A stretch of 64,000 bases of DNA from Macrostomum hystrix. Its lineage: Eukaryota; Animalia; Platyhelminthes. Below are positions 24,075 through 36,200 of this stretch, piece by piece. The position numbers and the translations under genes were made by a program. Position 1 is the stretch's first letter, and the number at the start of each line of letters is the position of its first letter. Under the pieces are notes generated by a model, which saw nothing but the letters and a program-made list of their open reading frames with translations, was not told the DNA's origin and did not search any database. The stretch spans positions 10,478,001 to 10,542,000 of the forward strand of contig CATNEN010000003.1 in the NCBI GenBank assembly GCA_950097015.1, given 5' to 3'.

Positions 24075-24722
24075 GAGTGACATTGGATGATCCAGGCTGA
24101 CGTTGATTGATCCTGAGTGACATTGATAGATCCAGAGTGACATTGATAGATCCAGAGTGACAATGATTGATCCAGAGTGACAATGATTGATCCAAAGTGA
24201 CATTGATTGATCCTGAGTGACAATGGATTGTTTCTGAGTGACAATGGATCGATCTAGAGTAACATTGATTGATCCAGAGTGAAAATATTGATCCTGAGTG
24301 ACAATAATTGATCCAGACTGACAATGGATTGATTCAGAGTGGCAGTGATTGATCAAGAGTGACAATGGATTGATTCAGAGTGGCAGTGATTGATCAAGAG
24401 TGACAATGGATTGATTCAGAGTGGCAGTGATTGATCAAGTGTGACAATGGATTGATTCAGAGTGACAATGGATTGATCCAGAGTGACAATGGATTGTTTC
24501 TAAGTGACAATATTGATCCAGAGTGACAATGGATTGATTTAGAGTGACAATGGATTGATTCAGAGCGACATTTATTGATCCAGAGTGACAATGGATTGAT
24601 TCAGAGTGACAATTACGCATTAAAGAGTGCCATCATTTGATCAAGAGTGTCATTAATTGATCAAGAGTGTCATTAATTGATCAAGAGTGTCATTAATTGA
24701 TCATGAGTGACCTTAATTGATT
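24075..24722. repeat. Degenerate 18-21-bp minisatellite (GAGTGACAATGGATTGATCCA)n
   Basis: Tandem units with a GAGTGACA core. Confidence 0.9.
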
Positions 24723-25419
24723 CAGAAGATCAATCATAGTATCTTACCAATATAGCGTCATATGAACCCAAAGTCATGAAGCTAGATTGCTAAATCAAAT
24801 CTCTCTTTTAGATTTAGTCCAGTCTTCAAGCCAGTCTCTGAACTGTTAGTTAAAATCACTCAATTCTAAAGCTTGGTTGTGTCCAGAAAATATTTTAAAC
24901 ATAATTGTGTAGTTTAGTTTATTATAATCAATCATTTAATAAGAGACGTAGTTTAGCATAAAATATTGTATTTGAAACTTAACTTAGTCTTACAGTGTGC
25001 GTCCTGTAGCTGTTTCTGCTTAACAATGAATTTTATTTTTAACGCAACGAAAAAACGGTTTAGTTAAAGCATCAAACTGGTAAGTCGCTTGTAGCTTGAC
25101 AAATATTTGATTGAGTACATTTGAGCAGACTAAAAAATGCCGCAAGTTTTGTTAAAATATCAAACTCCGTGTTTGCGCAGAAAATAAGTGTCGACAAAGT
25201 GTCGAAAATTGGCTTTAGCTTCAATTTCTGGCCTTTTGTTTGCTAATTATTAAGGCAAAATTGACTGAAAAGTAACTCTCAAAACTTGCTAAGTAACGCG
25301 CGACACGAAATGAAAGTAAATTTAGCTGAAATTTTAATTAACTTGCACAGCTGCATAGCTACACGTATGGAGAGAATCAAGGAAGAATGAAAATAGGGAA
25401 GGGGTCGAATACACAAAAG

Positions 25420-26215
25420 AGGGCGTGTAGGGGAAAAGAGATGGGGAAGAGAGGGGAGAAGGAGAAGAGAAGAGAAGGAATAAAAAGGAGAAGAGAGAGG
25501 GGAGCAAATTGGTGGAAGAAAGGGGAGAAAAAAGGAAGAAGATATGGGAAATGAGAGGGGAGAAGAGAGGGGAGAAGAGAGGGGAGAAGAGAGGGGAGAA
25601 GAGAGGGGAGAAGAGAGGGGAGAAGAGAGGGGAGAAGAGAAGGAGAAGAGAGGAAAGAAGAGTGGGGAGAAGAGAGGGGAGAAGAGTGGGGAGAAAAGAG
25701 GGGAGAAGAGAGGGGAGAAGAGAGGGGAGAAGAGAAGGAGAAGAGAGGAAAGAAGAGTGGGGAGAAGAGTGGGGAGAAGAGATGGGAGAAGAGATGAAAG
25801 AAGAGATGAAAGATGGGAGAAGAGAGGGGAGAAGAGAGGGGAGAAGAGTGGGGAGAAGAGATGGGAGAAGAGAGGGGAGAAGAGATGGGAGAAGAGTGGG
25901 GAGAAGAGATGGGAGAAGAGAGGGGAGAAGAGATGGGAGAAGAGAGGGGAGAAGAGAGGGGAGAAGAGATGGGAGAAGAGATGAAAGATGGGAGAAGAGA
26001 TGAAAGATGGGAGAAGAGAGGAGAATAGAGGGAAGAAGAGATGGGAGAAGAGAGGGGAGAAGAGAGGGGAGAAGAGTGGGGAGAAGAGAGGGGAGAAGAG
26101 AGGGGAGAAGAGAGGGGAGAAGAGTGGGGAGAAGAGAGGGGAGAAGAGATGGGAGAAGAGATGGGAGAAGAGAGGGGAGAAGAGAGGGGAGAAGAGAGGG
26201 GAGAAGAGAGGAGAA
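25420..26215. repeat. Purine-rich 12-bp repeat (GAGGGGAGAAGA)n
   Basis: Direct tandem units. Confidence 0.95.
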
Positions 26216-26734
26216 GACAGGTGGAGATCTGGATCTAATGGATTAATCGTGTCGCGCGGCGTATGAATTTTATCAGCACACCAGGTCTTATCACATCAGA
26301 CATACGCACACAGCCTGTTATTTTAGCAATGAGAAAGGATTGCAAATGCCAAATGCGCAACATCTGTGTCAGTCCGAAAGCAATTTTCAAACGGTAAGAA
26401 AATCGAACACCCGTTAAACGCTGTCATCTACTTGTAAGTAAACGATTTTTAAGGCCAACACCGAAATCTCACCTGTCAATCATTTTAGCTTCTTTTTTAG
26501 TTTAGCAATCGAAAAAAAATTCAATTCAAGTGGCTAGTTGTGTGAATTTTAGTGAACAAAAAATCACAGGCTAAAACACACATTTAGTAGTCACATCTGG
26601 TGTGTGTGCCTCGCAACACCTCTTGATTAACTCCTCTTGATTAACTTTGCTAGCTCACCAAATCATCATCAGAAATGTTGATCCATATGGTTGACTTTCA
26701 CAAAAAAATCGATCATTCGGTTTGGGCGCCATCA

Positions 26735-26959
26735 TGAAGTAGGAACAGGGGGTATTTGAAATACCCCCGACGAAAAATATAGCTTGATTTATAAAATGTT
26801 TATTTTCTTTTAGGTAGATAATTTCATTGTGTAACTCAGATAAAAATATAAAGATCGTTATGTTTTCTTTGTCAAAGTGTGTTACAAACATGCCTTGTGA
26901 GATAAGAAATCTTTGTTTAGAAAAGATACAAAAATACAAAAGTTTTTATTCGGATTCAC
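26735..26959. repeat. About 225-bp AT-rich element with a palindrome near one end, copy 1
   Basis: TGAAGTAGG...GGATTCAC; palindrome GGGGGTATTT-G-AAATACCCCC at 26748-26768; direct copy at 27358-27588. Confidence 0.85.
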
Positions 26960-27352
26960 TCGAGAATCCCTCTAGGGAAATCCGAGAATCCCTCTAGGGA
27001 AATCCGAGAATCCCTCTAGGGAAATCCGAGAATCCCTCTAGGGAAATCCGAGAATCCCTCTAGGGAAATCCGAGAATCCCTCTAGGGAAATCTGAGAATC
27101 CTTCTAGGGAAATCCCAGAATTTACGCAACTCTAAAAGAAAACTTTAAGGATAGCCTAAGAATCCTATCAGAAAAATCTAAGAATACTTAAATCTTTGGA
27201 TCTTTCATCTTTCATTTCCAGGAAAACCTAGAATCTTTCCAGGAAAACCTAGAATCTTTCCAGGAAAATCTTAAATCTTTCTAGGAAAACCTAGAATCTT
27301 CCAGGAAAACCTAGAAGCTTTCTAGGAAAATTACAGAAAAACTCCATCGAAG
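26960..27352. repeat. Condensed duplicate of the GRK last-intron repeat block
   Basis: Shares the 21-bp GAGAATCCCTCTAGGGAAATC-type units and unique linkers with 33770-34852. Confidence 0.9.
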
Positions 27353-27357
27353 TAGAG

Positions 27358-27588
27358 TGAAGTAGGCAGTGGGTATTTGAAATACCCCCCGACGAAAAAT
27401 ATAGCTTGATTTATAATAATTTTTTTCTTTTAAGTAGATAATTTCATTCTGCAACTCAGATAAAAATATAAAGAGCATTATATTTTCTTTGTCAAAGTGT
27501 GTTACAAACATGCCTTGTGAGATAAGAAGTATTTGTTTAGAAAAGCTAGAAAAGATACAAAAATACAAAAGTTTTTATTCGGATTCAC
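27358..27588. repeat. About 230-bp AT-rich element, copy 2
   Basis: Colinear with 26735-26959, with scattered substitutions and indels. Confidence 0.85.
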
Positions 27589-28132
27589 CGCAGCTGAATA
27601 TGTACTCGTATGAGCAATGAGATTATGGAGAAGTTCTGTTAAAGTCTAGATTGTTGCGAAATTGCAATTGTTAGCAAAAGCGCGAATAACTCTAAAACAG
27701 AGAAATTTATAAATAGCCGAAAACGAAAGCTAATACTACTTGCACTATTTGCGGCAGTAGTAGGTAGCGGATAACGATAGAAAATTGCGAAAAAAAACTG
27801 TTATTTATTATCCTAAGAAATTGATTCGATGAAAAATGTTGCTAAAGTGCTTGTCACTGTGTAAAATAGTTTTTTTATTAATAAAATTTGTTGCAGCTAA
27901 GGGTCAGTCAATCATATCACCTGGTAGGTGGGATCAATAAGGGCAATTGTTGGCTTGTTCAATAAATTGGTCGGGCAAAAATCCTAATTGGTGAGGTAAC
28001 TCTTCGACCTGCACACCTATTCATTTACCAACCCTGAAAATTGCAATCTTATCGAAATTAAATTTGTCCAGAAATTCAACCCACCTTTTGTAGATGTATC
28101 AGTCGATTAATTATATCACCTCAGCTTGTGAA

Positions 28133-28535
28133 GCGAGCAATTATCTCACCTACAAGGTGTATCGGTCGAGCAATTATCTCACAAAAGTTTTTTTAAGGGA
28201 GCAATTATCTCACCTACAAGGTGTATCAGCCGAGCAATTATCTCACCTACAAGGTGTATCAGCCGAGCAATTATCTCACCTACAAGGTGTATCAGCCGAG
28301 CAATTATCTCACCTACAAGGTGTATCAGCCGAGCAATTATCTCACCTACAAGGTGTATCAGCCGAGCAATTATCTCACCTACAAGGTGTATCAGTCGAGC
28401 AATTATCTCACCTACAAGGTGTATCAGCCGAGCAATTATCTCACCTACAAGGTGTATCAGCCGGGCAATTATCTCACAAAATTTTTTCAAGGGAGCAATT
28501 ATCTCACCTACAAGGTGTATATTTGCCGAGCAATT
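28133..28535. repeat. 33-bp minisatellite (GAGCAATTATCTCACCTACAAGGTGTATCAGCC)n
   Basis: Direct tandem units just 3' of ATP5IF1. Confidence 0.95.
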
Positions 28536-28617
28536 TACTTATCAACTGTTGTTAATTTAAAACTACTTGTCATTTAACAGACGAAATCTATATCACAGAA
28601 TCAGGTACGAGAGAGAA

Positions 28618-28983
28618 TCAATGCTTCTTTTCCTCGACACCCTTAGTGGCCGTATCTAGCTTATCAATGCTAGCTTTGTACTTCCTAATCGACTCCAGGT
28701 GGTGAGCAATCTCTTGCTCGTGATGCTCAACTTCGTCTTTCAAGCGTCGCTGCATGCCGGCGAGTTGTTCGCGCTGAAGCCTACGAAAGTACTCCTCCTC
28801 TTTGGCCGCCTGAGCTTTGCCCATTGAGCCGCCGGCCTCCCTAATTGAGCCGCCGCTGCCGCCGCCTTTACCGGCTCCGCGGCCAAGTTCATTGCCGGAT
28901 AAATATCGAAAGTTAAAACCGCTGGATACTACTGAGAGCGACCGAGATCGAAATAGTAGTCTGGTGAAGCTGAGTTGCGACAT
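28618..28983 (-). CDS. ATP5IF1: Mitochondrial ATP synthase inhibitory factor 1, 121 aa, single coding exon
   Basis: GAGKGGGSGGSIREAGGSMGKAQAAKEEEYFR, His-containing coiled coil (EVEHHEQEIAHH), Arg/Ser-rich presequence. Confidence 0.95.
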   Translation of the reverse strand: MSQLSFTRLLFRSRSLSVVSSGFNFRYLSGNELGRGAGKGGGSGGSIREAGGSMGKAQAAKEEEYFRRLQREQLAGMQRRLKDEVEHHEQEIAHHLESIRKYKASIDKLDTATKGVEEKKH

Positions 28984-29126
28984 CCTTGCGGCTTTTGTTT
29001 AATGCTCTGTAAGGAGTGAAAAAATGGACTTCATTGAATTTTATTCTACCTAATATTAAAGTTCAAGGGATGGAATGAAATATGAGCATCTGGGATGAGA
29101 GAGACCGATTGAAGTGAGAATCTGAT

Positions 29127-29361
29127 CATGAGGATCTGGGAGAATGACCACTGCTCAACATGAGGATCTGGGAGAATGACCACTGCTCAACATGAGGATC
29201 TGGGAGAATGACCACTGCTCAACATGAGGATCTGGGAGAATGACCACTGCTCAACATTAGGATCTGGGAGAATGACCACTGCTCAACATGAGGATCTGGG
29301 ACAATGACCACTGCTCATCATGAGGATCTGGGAAAATAACCACTGCTCATCATGAGGATCT
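29127..29361. repeat. 32-bp minisatellite (CATGAGGATCTGGGAGAATGACCACTGCTCAA)n
   Basis: Seven units; a decayed unit resumes after the SINE at about 29566. Confidence 0.93.
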
Positions 29362-29362
29362 T

Positions 29363-29570
29363 AGGGGGGTCGGTGGCAGAGCGGTTAACGCGTTTGCCTC
29401 TCGCACCACGGTCCCTAAGTTCGATTCCACGGCGAGGCCACATTTATTTGGGGCGCAGCCGCGGAGAGAAGGCTTGGGGGCTTGTCGTGCAATTTACGCC
29501 CTTGAGGGCCAACCTCCAAGGCACAGTGAGAGTGTACACTGCCTGACGATGAGAGAGTAAGGGCAGATCT
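29363..29570 (+). mobile_element. SINE family A, 3'-truncated copy
   Basis: A box TGGCAGAGCGG, B box GTTCGATTCC; nearly identical to the 5' 200 bp of the 36218-36575 copy. Confidence 0.88.
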
Positions 29571-31702
29571 GAGAGAATGTGACCCCTGCTCAAACTGATC
29601 CAATCTGGGAGACAAAAGTGCTAATAAAATTTACAAAACGGAAATAAAAAAGCAGAAAACAAACTTCAACTATAGCAGTTTTATTATTTAGAATCGCGTG
29701 TTCACTCAAGAATCATCGAGAGATAATAAATAAACTATCTTTCAACAGAAAATCAACATGACCCAAGGTGATAACAGAGTGTTAATATAAAATTTAGTTC
29801 GTAAGCCGAAAAAGATCATGACTAGAGACAGACCGAATTAAGGACAATAAAAAATGAAAGAGAAAATCAACACAGTTAAACGCTAGGAACAACAGATTCG
29901 AAATATCTATTGTAGTAAAAATATGCTTTACGATAGGTACATCGTGCACTAGAAAAATTTTAAACTCCAGCCACGATTAGTTTATGATGAGAAAAGTTTC
30001 TTTGTCTTAATTTTAACTGCTGTGTTGTGGTGCAAGTTGTACATAAGCTTTATAGCATCTATCGCTATGTGTAGAAAAAAACAGATATAGAGAGATAAAA
30101 ATAAAAAGTAGTACCAGGGCTCAGTGTACAAATGGGAAGAGGAAATATAATTTTCAGTTTCTTTTCATAAACTTTGTCCTCCATTAAAACACTGACTGTA
30201 CATTCGTGGATGAATAAAAAAGTTCTGGATACAAAAAATAAGTACATATTTAAGTACACACTACTGAATAAAAGTGCATTTATTTGCACGCAATTTTAGT
30301 CCAATTTGGTCAAAGGTGCATCCTTTGATGTACGCTGAAATTCAACTTTGATGTACTTTCTACCTCAGGAAGCCTCGAAGGCCGGAGAATCCCTCGCACC
30401 CACATCCTCACAAATGTACACAGGTATAGATGTACATTATAAAAAGCAAGTGTGCCTTCTTTCTGACCCCCTTTGAAGCCGCCACCTCAGGACGCTAAGG
30501 GGAATCCCTCACAGATCTACCCTACTAAATGTACATAGTTAAGGATGTACATTAAAAGTCGGTGTGCCCAACTTCTATTGTCACTTTACATTTATACTAT
30601 GGTCATGTAGTTAATAATTATTGATCCACGACTGCAAACTCAACTTAAAGACAGCAAGCGTAATTAAAAGACTAGATTACAGAAAACTACGTTAGGAGTA
30701 ATACACGACGATAGACTGAATTGTTCACAATACAGTCAACAATACTCGTAGGAAAAAGTACAGCAAAAATATCAAGAACGCGACGGTGTCTAGTGTGTAA
30801 TCCAACAAGAAGTAGAAAAAATATATAATTAAAAATAAGCTGCAGAACAATGTTTAAATATACAGAAATAGAGACGAGATTCCATTAACAAATCTGAACT
30901 GTTTAATATCTTTTTTATAACACGCAGTCTAATATGAACTTCCGTACGGAATAATAAGTTAAAGTGCAGAAATTATCGAGTAATTAAAAAAGTATAAAAC
31001 AGAAAAATTGACAGGACACAATAACAACAAATTGACAGACACTTGAACAACAAGCATACATTGCCTGCTAAATAATAGAGATAATTAACATTTTAGACAA
31101 TACTATTATTAACCTACTTAACCCCGTGGAGTGGAAAATTAGAAAATGGAATTAACATTAGCACACAATACGTAGAAGAGATAGACAAAGAACAGAACAA
31201 AATATGTATTATGCGTTTTTATTAGACAAAATATACTACGATGCCTATTGTAAGTAGCTACTACAATCACAAATGTAGTTGCATACATGTAAAAAAGAAA
31301 AAATTCAGCAGATTTATGTTGTTAAATTTTAGAAAAATATTATTAATCCGAAGATAGGCTAGTTGGTTATAATGCAAGTTAATATTTGTACAAGAGTATT
31401 AAATGTTCAAAGAATGCACTTAGCAATTAGATTAGTTTTTTGAAACGGACAACTAGAATCAGATAATAAGATTAGCGTCCGTTACAAACAAACACAGACA
31501 GACACGCATCTACTGACTACTCTACGGAAAGAGAGTAAAAATGATTGTACTTCACATTATTTGGAGCAAATTAACAATTAGTTACTAAATCTTTACAGCT
31601 CTTACATTAACATTTTTTTCGCTTTATTTATGCTCGATTATTAAATTATAAGATGTTCGTTAGGAAACGATTCTATTAACGTGCCTAGGAGTCGCTTTCA
31701 GT

Positions 31703-31965
31703 CGGGGGTAGAGGTTGGTCAGGTTGAATGTACATTCGCGGGGTAGAGGTTGGTCGGGGAGAGCGTACATTCGCGGGATAGAGGTTGGTCAGGGAAATGT
31801 ACAGTAGCGGGTTAGAAGTTGGACGGTGGAATGTACATTCGCGGGGTAGAGCTGGTGGGCGAGAACGTAGATTTGCGGGTTAGAGGTTAGTCAGGGGAAT
31901 GTACATTAGCGGGGTAGAGGTTGGACGGTGGAATGTAAATTCGAGGCGTAGGGGTGGGTTACATT
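31703..31965. repeat. Degenerate, G-rich tandem repeat of about 35 bp (AATGTACATTCGCGGGGTAGAGGTTGGTCAGGGG)
   Basis: About 7 diverged units. Confidence 0.8.
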
Positions 31966-32431
31966 CTGGTTGTGCTAATTGGCTTTGTTAACTGTCGAAA
32001 ATGCTCAATAACCCCTGAGTCACTTAAAAAAGTAGCAATATGAGGTCAATGAATAACACAAGAGTGCAAACTCTAGCCAACGCTAGCAGACAGTCCTTTA
32101 GTTTCTATGATGAGTAAAAGACGCACTCAGTTATACGCACAACACGCAGGAGAAAATAAAAAAAACTGCTTTAAGTGTGCATCTTGAAAGAGAGAGACTG
32201 ACAAGGAGACGGGGAGCCAAATGATACAGGGGAGAAAAACAGGGATTATCTAAGGGAAGTCTACAATTTGAGACAAAAAACACAATTTAAACAGACAGAC
32301 AAAAGTTCGGCATTGTCTGGCATTGATACACGGAAAGACAGACTAAAAAAGAACAGCTTTTTTTCTTAAAGTATTAAGGGACACTGAAATGGGAGTGAAA
32401 TTAAATTGACTGAAAAGGTGAAAAGCTTCAA

Positions 32432-33075
32432 TTCCCTAAGACCCCGGGAGACCTGTAATCCCAAATCCTAGATTACCGATTCCTAAAACCCCGGGAAAAC
32501 TGTGATCCCAAATCCTAGATTACCGATCCCTAAACCCCGGGAAAACTGTGATCCCAAATCCTAGATTACCGATCCCTAAACCCCGGTTTGCGATCCCAAA
32601 TCCTAGATTACCGATCCCTAAAACCCCGGGAAAACTGTGATCCCAAATCCTAGATTACCGATCCCTAAAACTTCGGGAAAACTGTGATCCCAAATCCTAG
32701 ATTACCGATCCCTAAAACCTCGGGAAAACTGTGATCCCAAATCCTAGATTACCGATCCCTAAAACCCCGGGAAAACTGTGATCCCAAATCCTAGATTACC
32801 GATCCCTAAACCCAGGGATAACTGTGATCCCAAATCCTAGATTACCGATCCCTAAAACCCCGGGAAAACTGTGATCACAAATCCTAGATTACCGATCCCT
32901 AAACCCCGGGAAAACTGTGATCCCAAATCCTAGATTACCGATCCCTAAAACCCCGGGAAAACTGTGATCACAAATCCTAGATTACCGATCCCTAAACCCC
33001 GGGAAAACTGTGATCCCAAATCCTAGATTACCGATCCCTAAAACCCCGGGAAAACTGTGATCACAAATCCTAGAT
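32432..33075. repeat. 46/47-bp minisatellite (GATCCCAAATCCTAGATTACCGATCCCTAAAACCCCGGGAAAACTGT)n
   Basis: Direct tandem units 3' of the GRK stop codon. Confidence 0.96.
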
Positions 33076-33291
33076 TTAAAATACAGTCACTTAATGTCAT
33101 TCTTATAAACAGAAGCTTTAATTTGCAAAAATAGGAAAAAAGAAACCAGAATGAAAACCAGACAGATAACTAGAAACAGACAGACAACACACAAGAAACA
33201 ACTTGAGAATAATCAAAAGCTCTGCGCGATCTGTAAATATTTTGTTCTAGTTTTCTTTTTTTTAGAAAAAGAAAGCAAACAATTTGTTAGT

Positions 33292-36200
33292 TTAACTGAC
33301 GCTGCCTCGATTGGCTAGCCTTTGGCCAGTCTCCGAGCTACCAGCTGCCGGGGCTGTGGCGTTGCCCGACACGATTGTGCTACCAGTGGCGCCGCCGCTA
33401 TCAAAGGAGCCCTGATTTACGTGTCCGCCGCTGACACTGGCGGCTGTTGTTGTCGAGGTGGCCCCGGAGGCCGACGAGGCCCCGCTAGCGCCGGCGCCAG
33501 AACCAGACGTTGACGGCACATCGGCGCCGTACCATTTGTGCGCCTTCGGCTTCATGCGGGACAGGATGGCGTTGCTGGCCTCGAATGCGGACTGGATTTC
33601 GTCCTTCCACTGGCTGATGAGGACGCGATCCTGCAGATTTTTTGGGATGGCATGAGAATTCTGTAATTCCTGGAGTCTGCTCAGTGTGAGCCTGGATTCT
33701 TTTCAGGGAAATCCCATAATCCCTTGATGGAAATCCTAGAATCACTCTAGGAAAATCCCAGAATCCCTCTAAGGAAATCCGAGAATCCCTCTAAGGAAAT
33801 CCGGGAATCCCTCTAGGGAAATCCTAGAATCTACCCAGACAAATCCCAGTATCCCTCTAGGGAAATCCCAGAATCTATCCAGACAAATCCCAGAATCCCT
33901 CTAGGGAAATCCGAGAATCCCTCTAGGGAAATCCCAGAATCTATCCAGACAAATCCCAGAATCCCTCTAGGGAAATCCGAGAATCCTTCTAGGGAAATCC
34001 CAGAATTTACGCAACTCTAAAAGAAAACTTTCAGGATAGCCCAAGAATCCTATCAGAAAAATCCAAGAATACTTAAATCTTTGGATCCCGAAATCTTTCC
34101 AAGAAAACCTAGAATCTTTCCAGGAAAACCAATAATATTTTCAGGAAAACCTAAAATCTTTCTAGGAAAAGCTATAATCTTTCCAGATGAACCTAGAATC
34201 TTTCCAGGAAAATCTTAAATCTTTCTAGGAAAAGCTATAATCTTTCTAGGAAAACCTAGAATCTTCCAGGAAAACCTAGAATCTTCCAGGAAAACCTAGA
34301 AGCTTTCTATTAAAACCTAGAATCTTTCTAGGAAAACCTAGAATCTTTCTATTAAAACCTAGAATCTTTCTATTAAAACCTAGAATCTTCCAGGAAAACC
34401 TAGAATCTTCCAGGAAAACCTAGAAGCTTTCTATTAAAACCTAGAATCTTTCTAGGAAAACCTAGAATCTTCCAGGAAAACCTAGAAGCTTTCTATTAAA
34501 ACCTAGAATCTTTCTAGGAAAACCTAGAATCTTCCAGGAAAACCTAGAAGCTTTCTATTAAAACCTAGAATCTTTCTAGGAAAACCTAGAATCTTCCAGG
34601 AAAACCTAGAAGCTTTCTATTAAAACCTAGAATCTTTCTAGGAAAACCTAGAATCTTCCAGGAAAACCTAGAAGCTTTCTATTAAAACCTAGAATCTTTC
34701 TAGGAAAACCTAGAATCTTCCAGGAAAACCTAGAAGCTTTCTATTAAAACCTAGAATCTTTCTAGGAAAACCTAGAATCTTCCAGGAAAACCTAGAAGCT
34801 TTCTATTAAAACCTAGAATCTTTCTAGGAAAATTACAGAAAAACTCCATCGAAATCCTAGAATACTTTATATTAGAAATCCCACAATCATGACAAACCTG
34901 AGATGTAATGTAGACCTTCTGATCATTCTTGAGCACAATGGCGATACAGTTCTCATATTTGTGGACCTTTTGAAATTCCTGGCCAATCTCGCGTATGTCG
35001 AACATGCTAATCAATTCGGCGCCCTTCTTCTGCAGCAGGCCGTCTCGAGATTTGCCATAGAACTCCAGCCGATTAGGGAAGAGTTTCAGGTGCTTCTTCT
35101 GCCACGTCTGGAGGAACGGTCCGCCAAGGCGCTGTATTTCGCCTTCAACAATACAGTCGGATCCGGCCGTGAGGTCCAGCTGTTGTTCGCATTCGTCGCG
35201 CTTGCCTCGCTTCTTCTGCTCAAGTTTGTCAGTCTCCTGGTTGACGTATTCGAAAACAGTTTCGGCTATTTCGGCTTGCCATCGCTCGGATACCACCAGG
35301 GAGAAATTGCGGTACAACTGCTGATCGGCTTCGGTTAGTTTGATGCCTGTTTATTGGATATTTGAATATGAGAATCGGCGTGAATCATCCGCTAATACTA
35401 CTTACAATACCTAGCCCACAGTGAATGCGAAATTATCATATAACTACAATAATGGCTTTTGAAATAAGTTATTGTTATTTTAGAAATCGGTCATACATTT
35501 AGGTCATACAAGAATTGGTGAAAATAGTATAGTGATAGTGCATAGTGATAGAGGTTGTAGACTAGTGGTTAGGGCTGCGAAATCACGACTTGAAGGTCGA
35601 GGGTTCGATTCTTAACTCCACTGGAAAAATTTGTGTCCTTTAGCAAGACACTTAACTCTGCATTGCTTCAGTTCACCCAGCTATTAAATGGGTACCAGCA
35701 TTAGTTGGGGTAATTGAAGGTGGGTGGGGGCGTCTACCCAGTCCATGGACTGAACAGCTGTACCAGCACCAATATACCAATATTGGGGCAGATGTAATAA
35801 AAAAAGTAAAATTTGTTATTTTAGATTCGTCATACAGGAATTTGTCGTTTTAGGCAAGACTATTTTTGTCTACAGTCTCTTTTCCCAAAGTATTTTTGTG
35901 TACAGTCATTTGGCTCAGCAGTCAAATTGTGACAGTCAATTGTCGTGCACCCGTCACGCATGAATTGACAACATACAACAAATTGCGTTTCTTAATTGGT
36001 CGAAGAAAGAAAAGGTAAGGTAACGAGACCCTTCAGGCGAAACATATCTAAAAGACTAACAACGACAAAAGAGTAAGAGGTGAAAAATGAGGTGGGTGAG
36101 GAAAGACAGACTAGCATTGAGCCAATCAGAGACGAGGAAGAGATTAGAGAAAGTTCTAGCTAAGAACTTTAGTATACAAAGGGAGATGTCAGCAGAGGGT

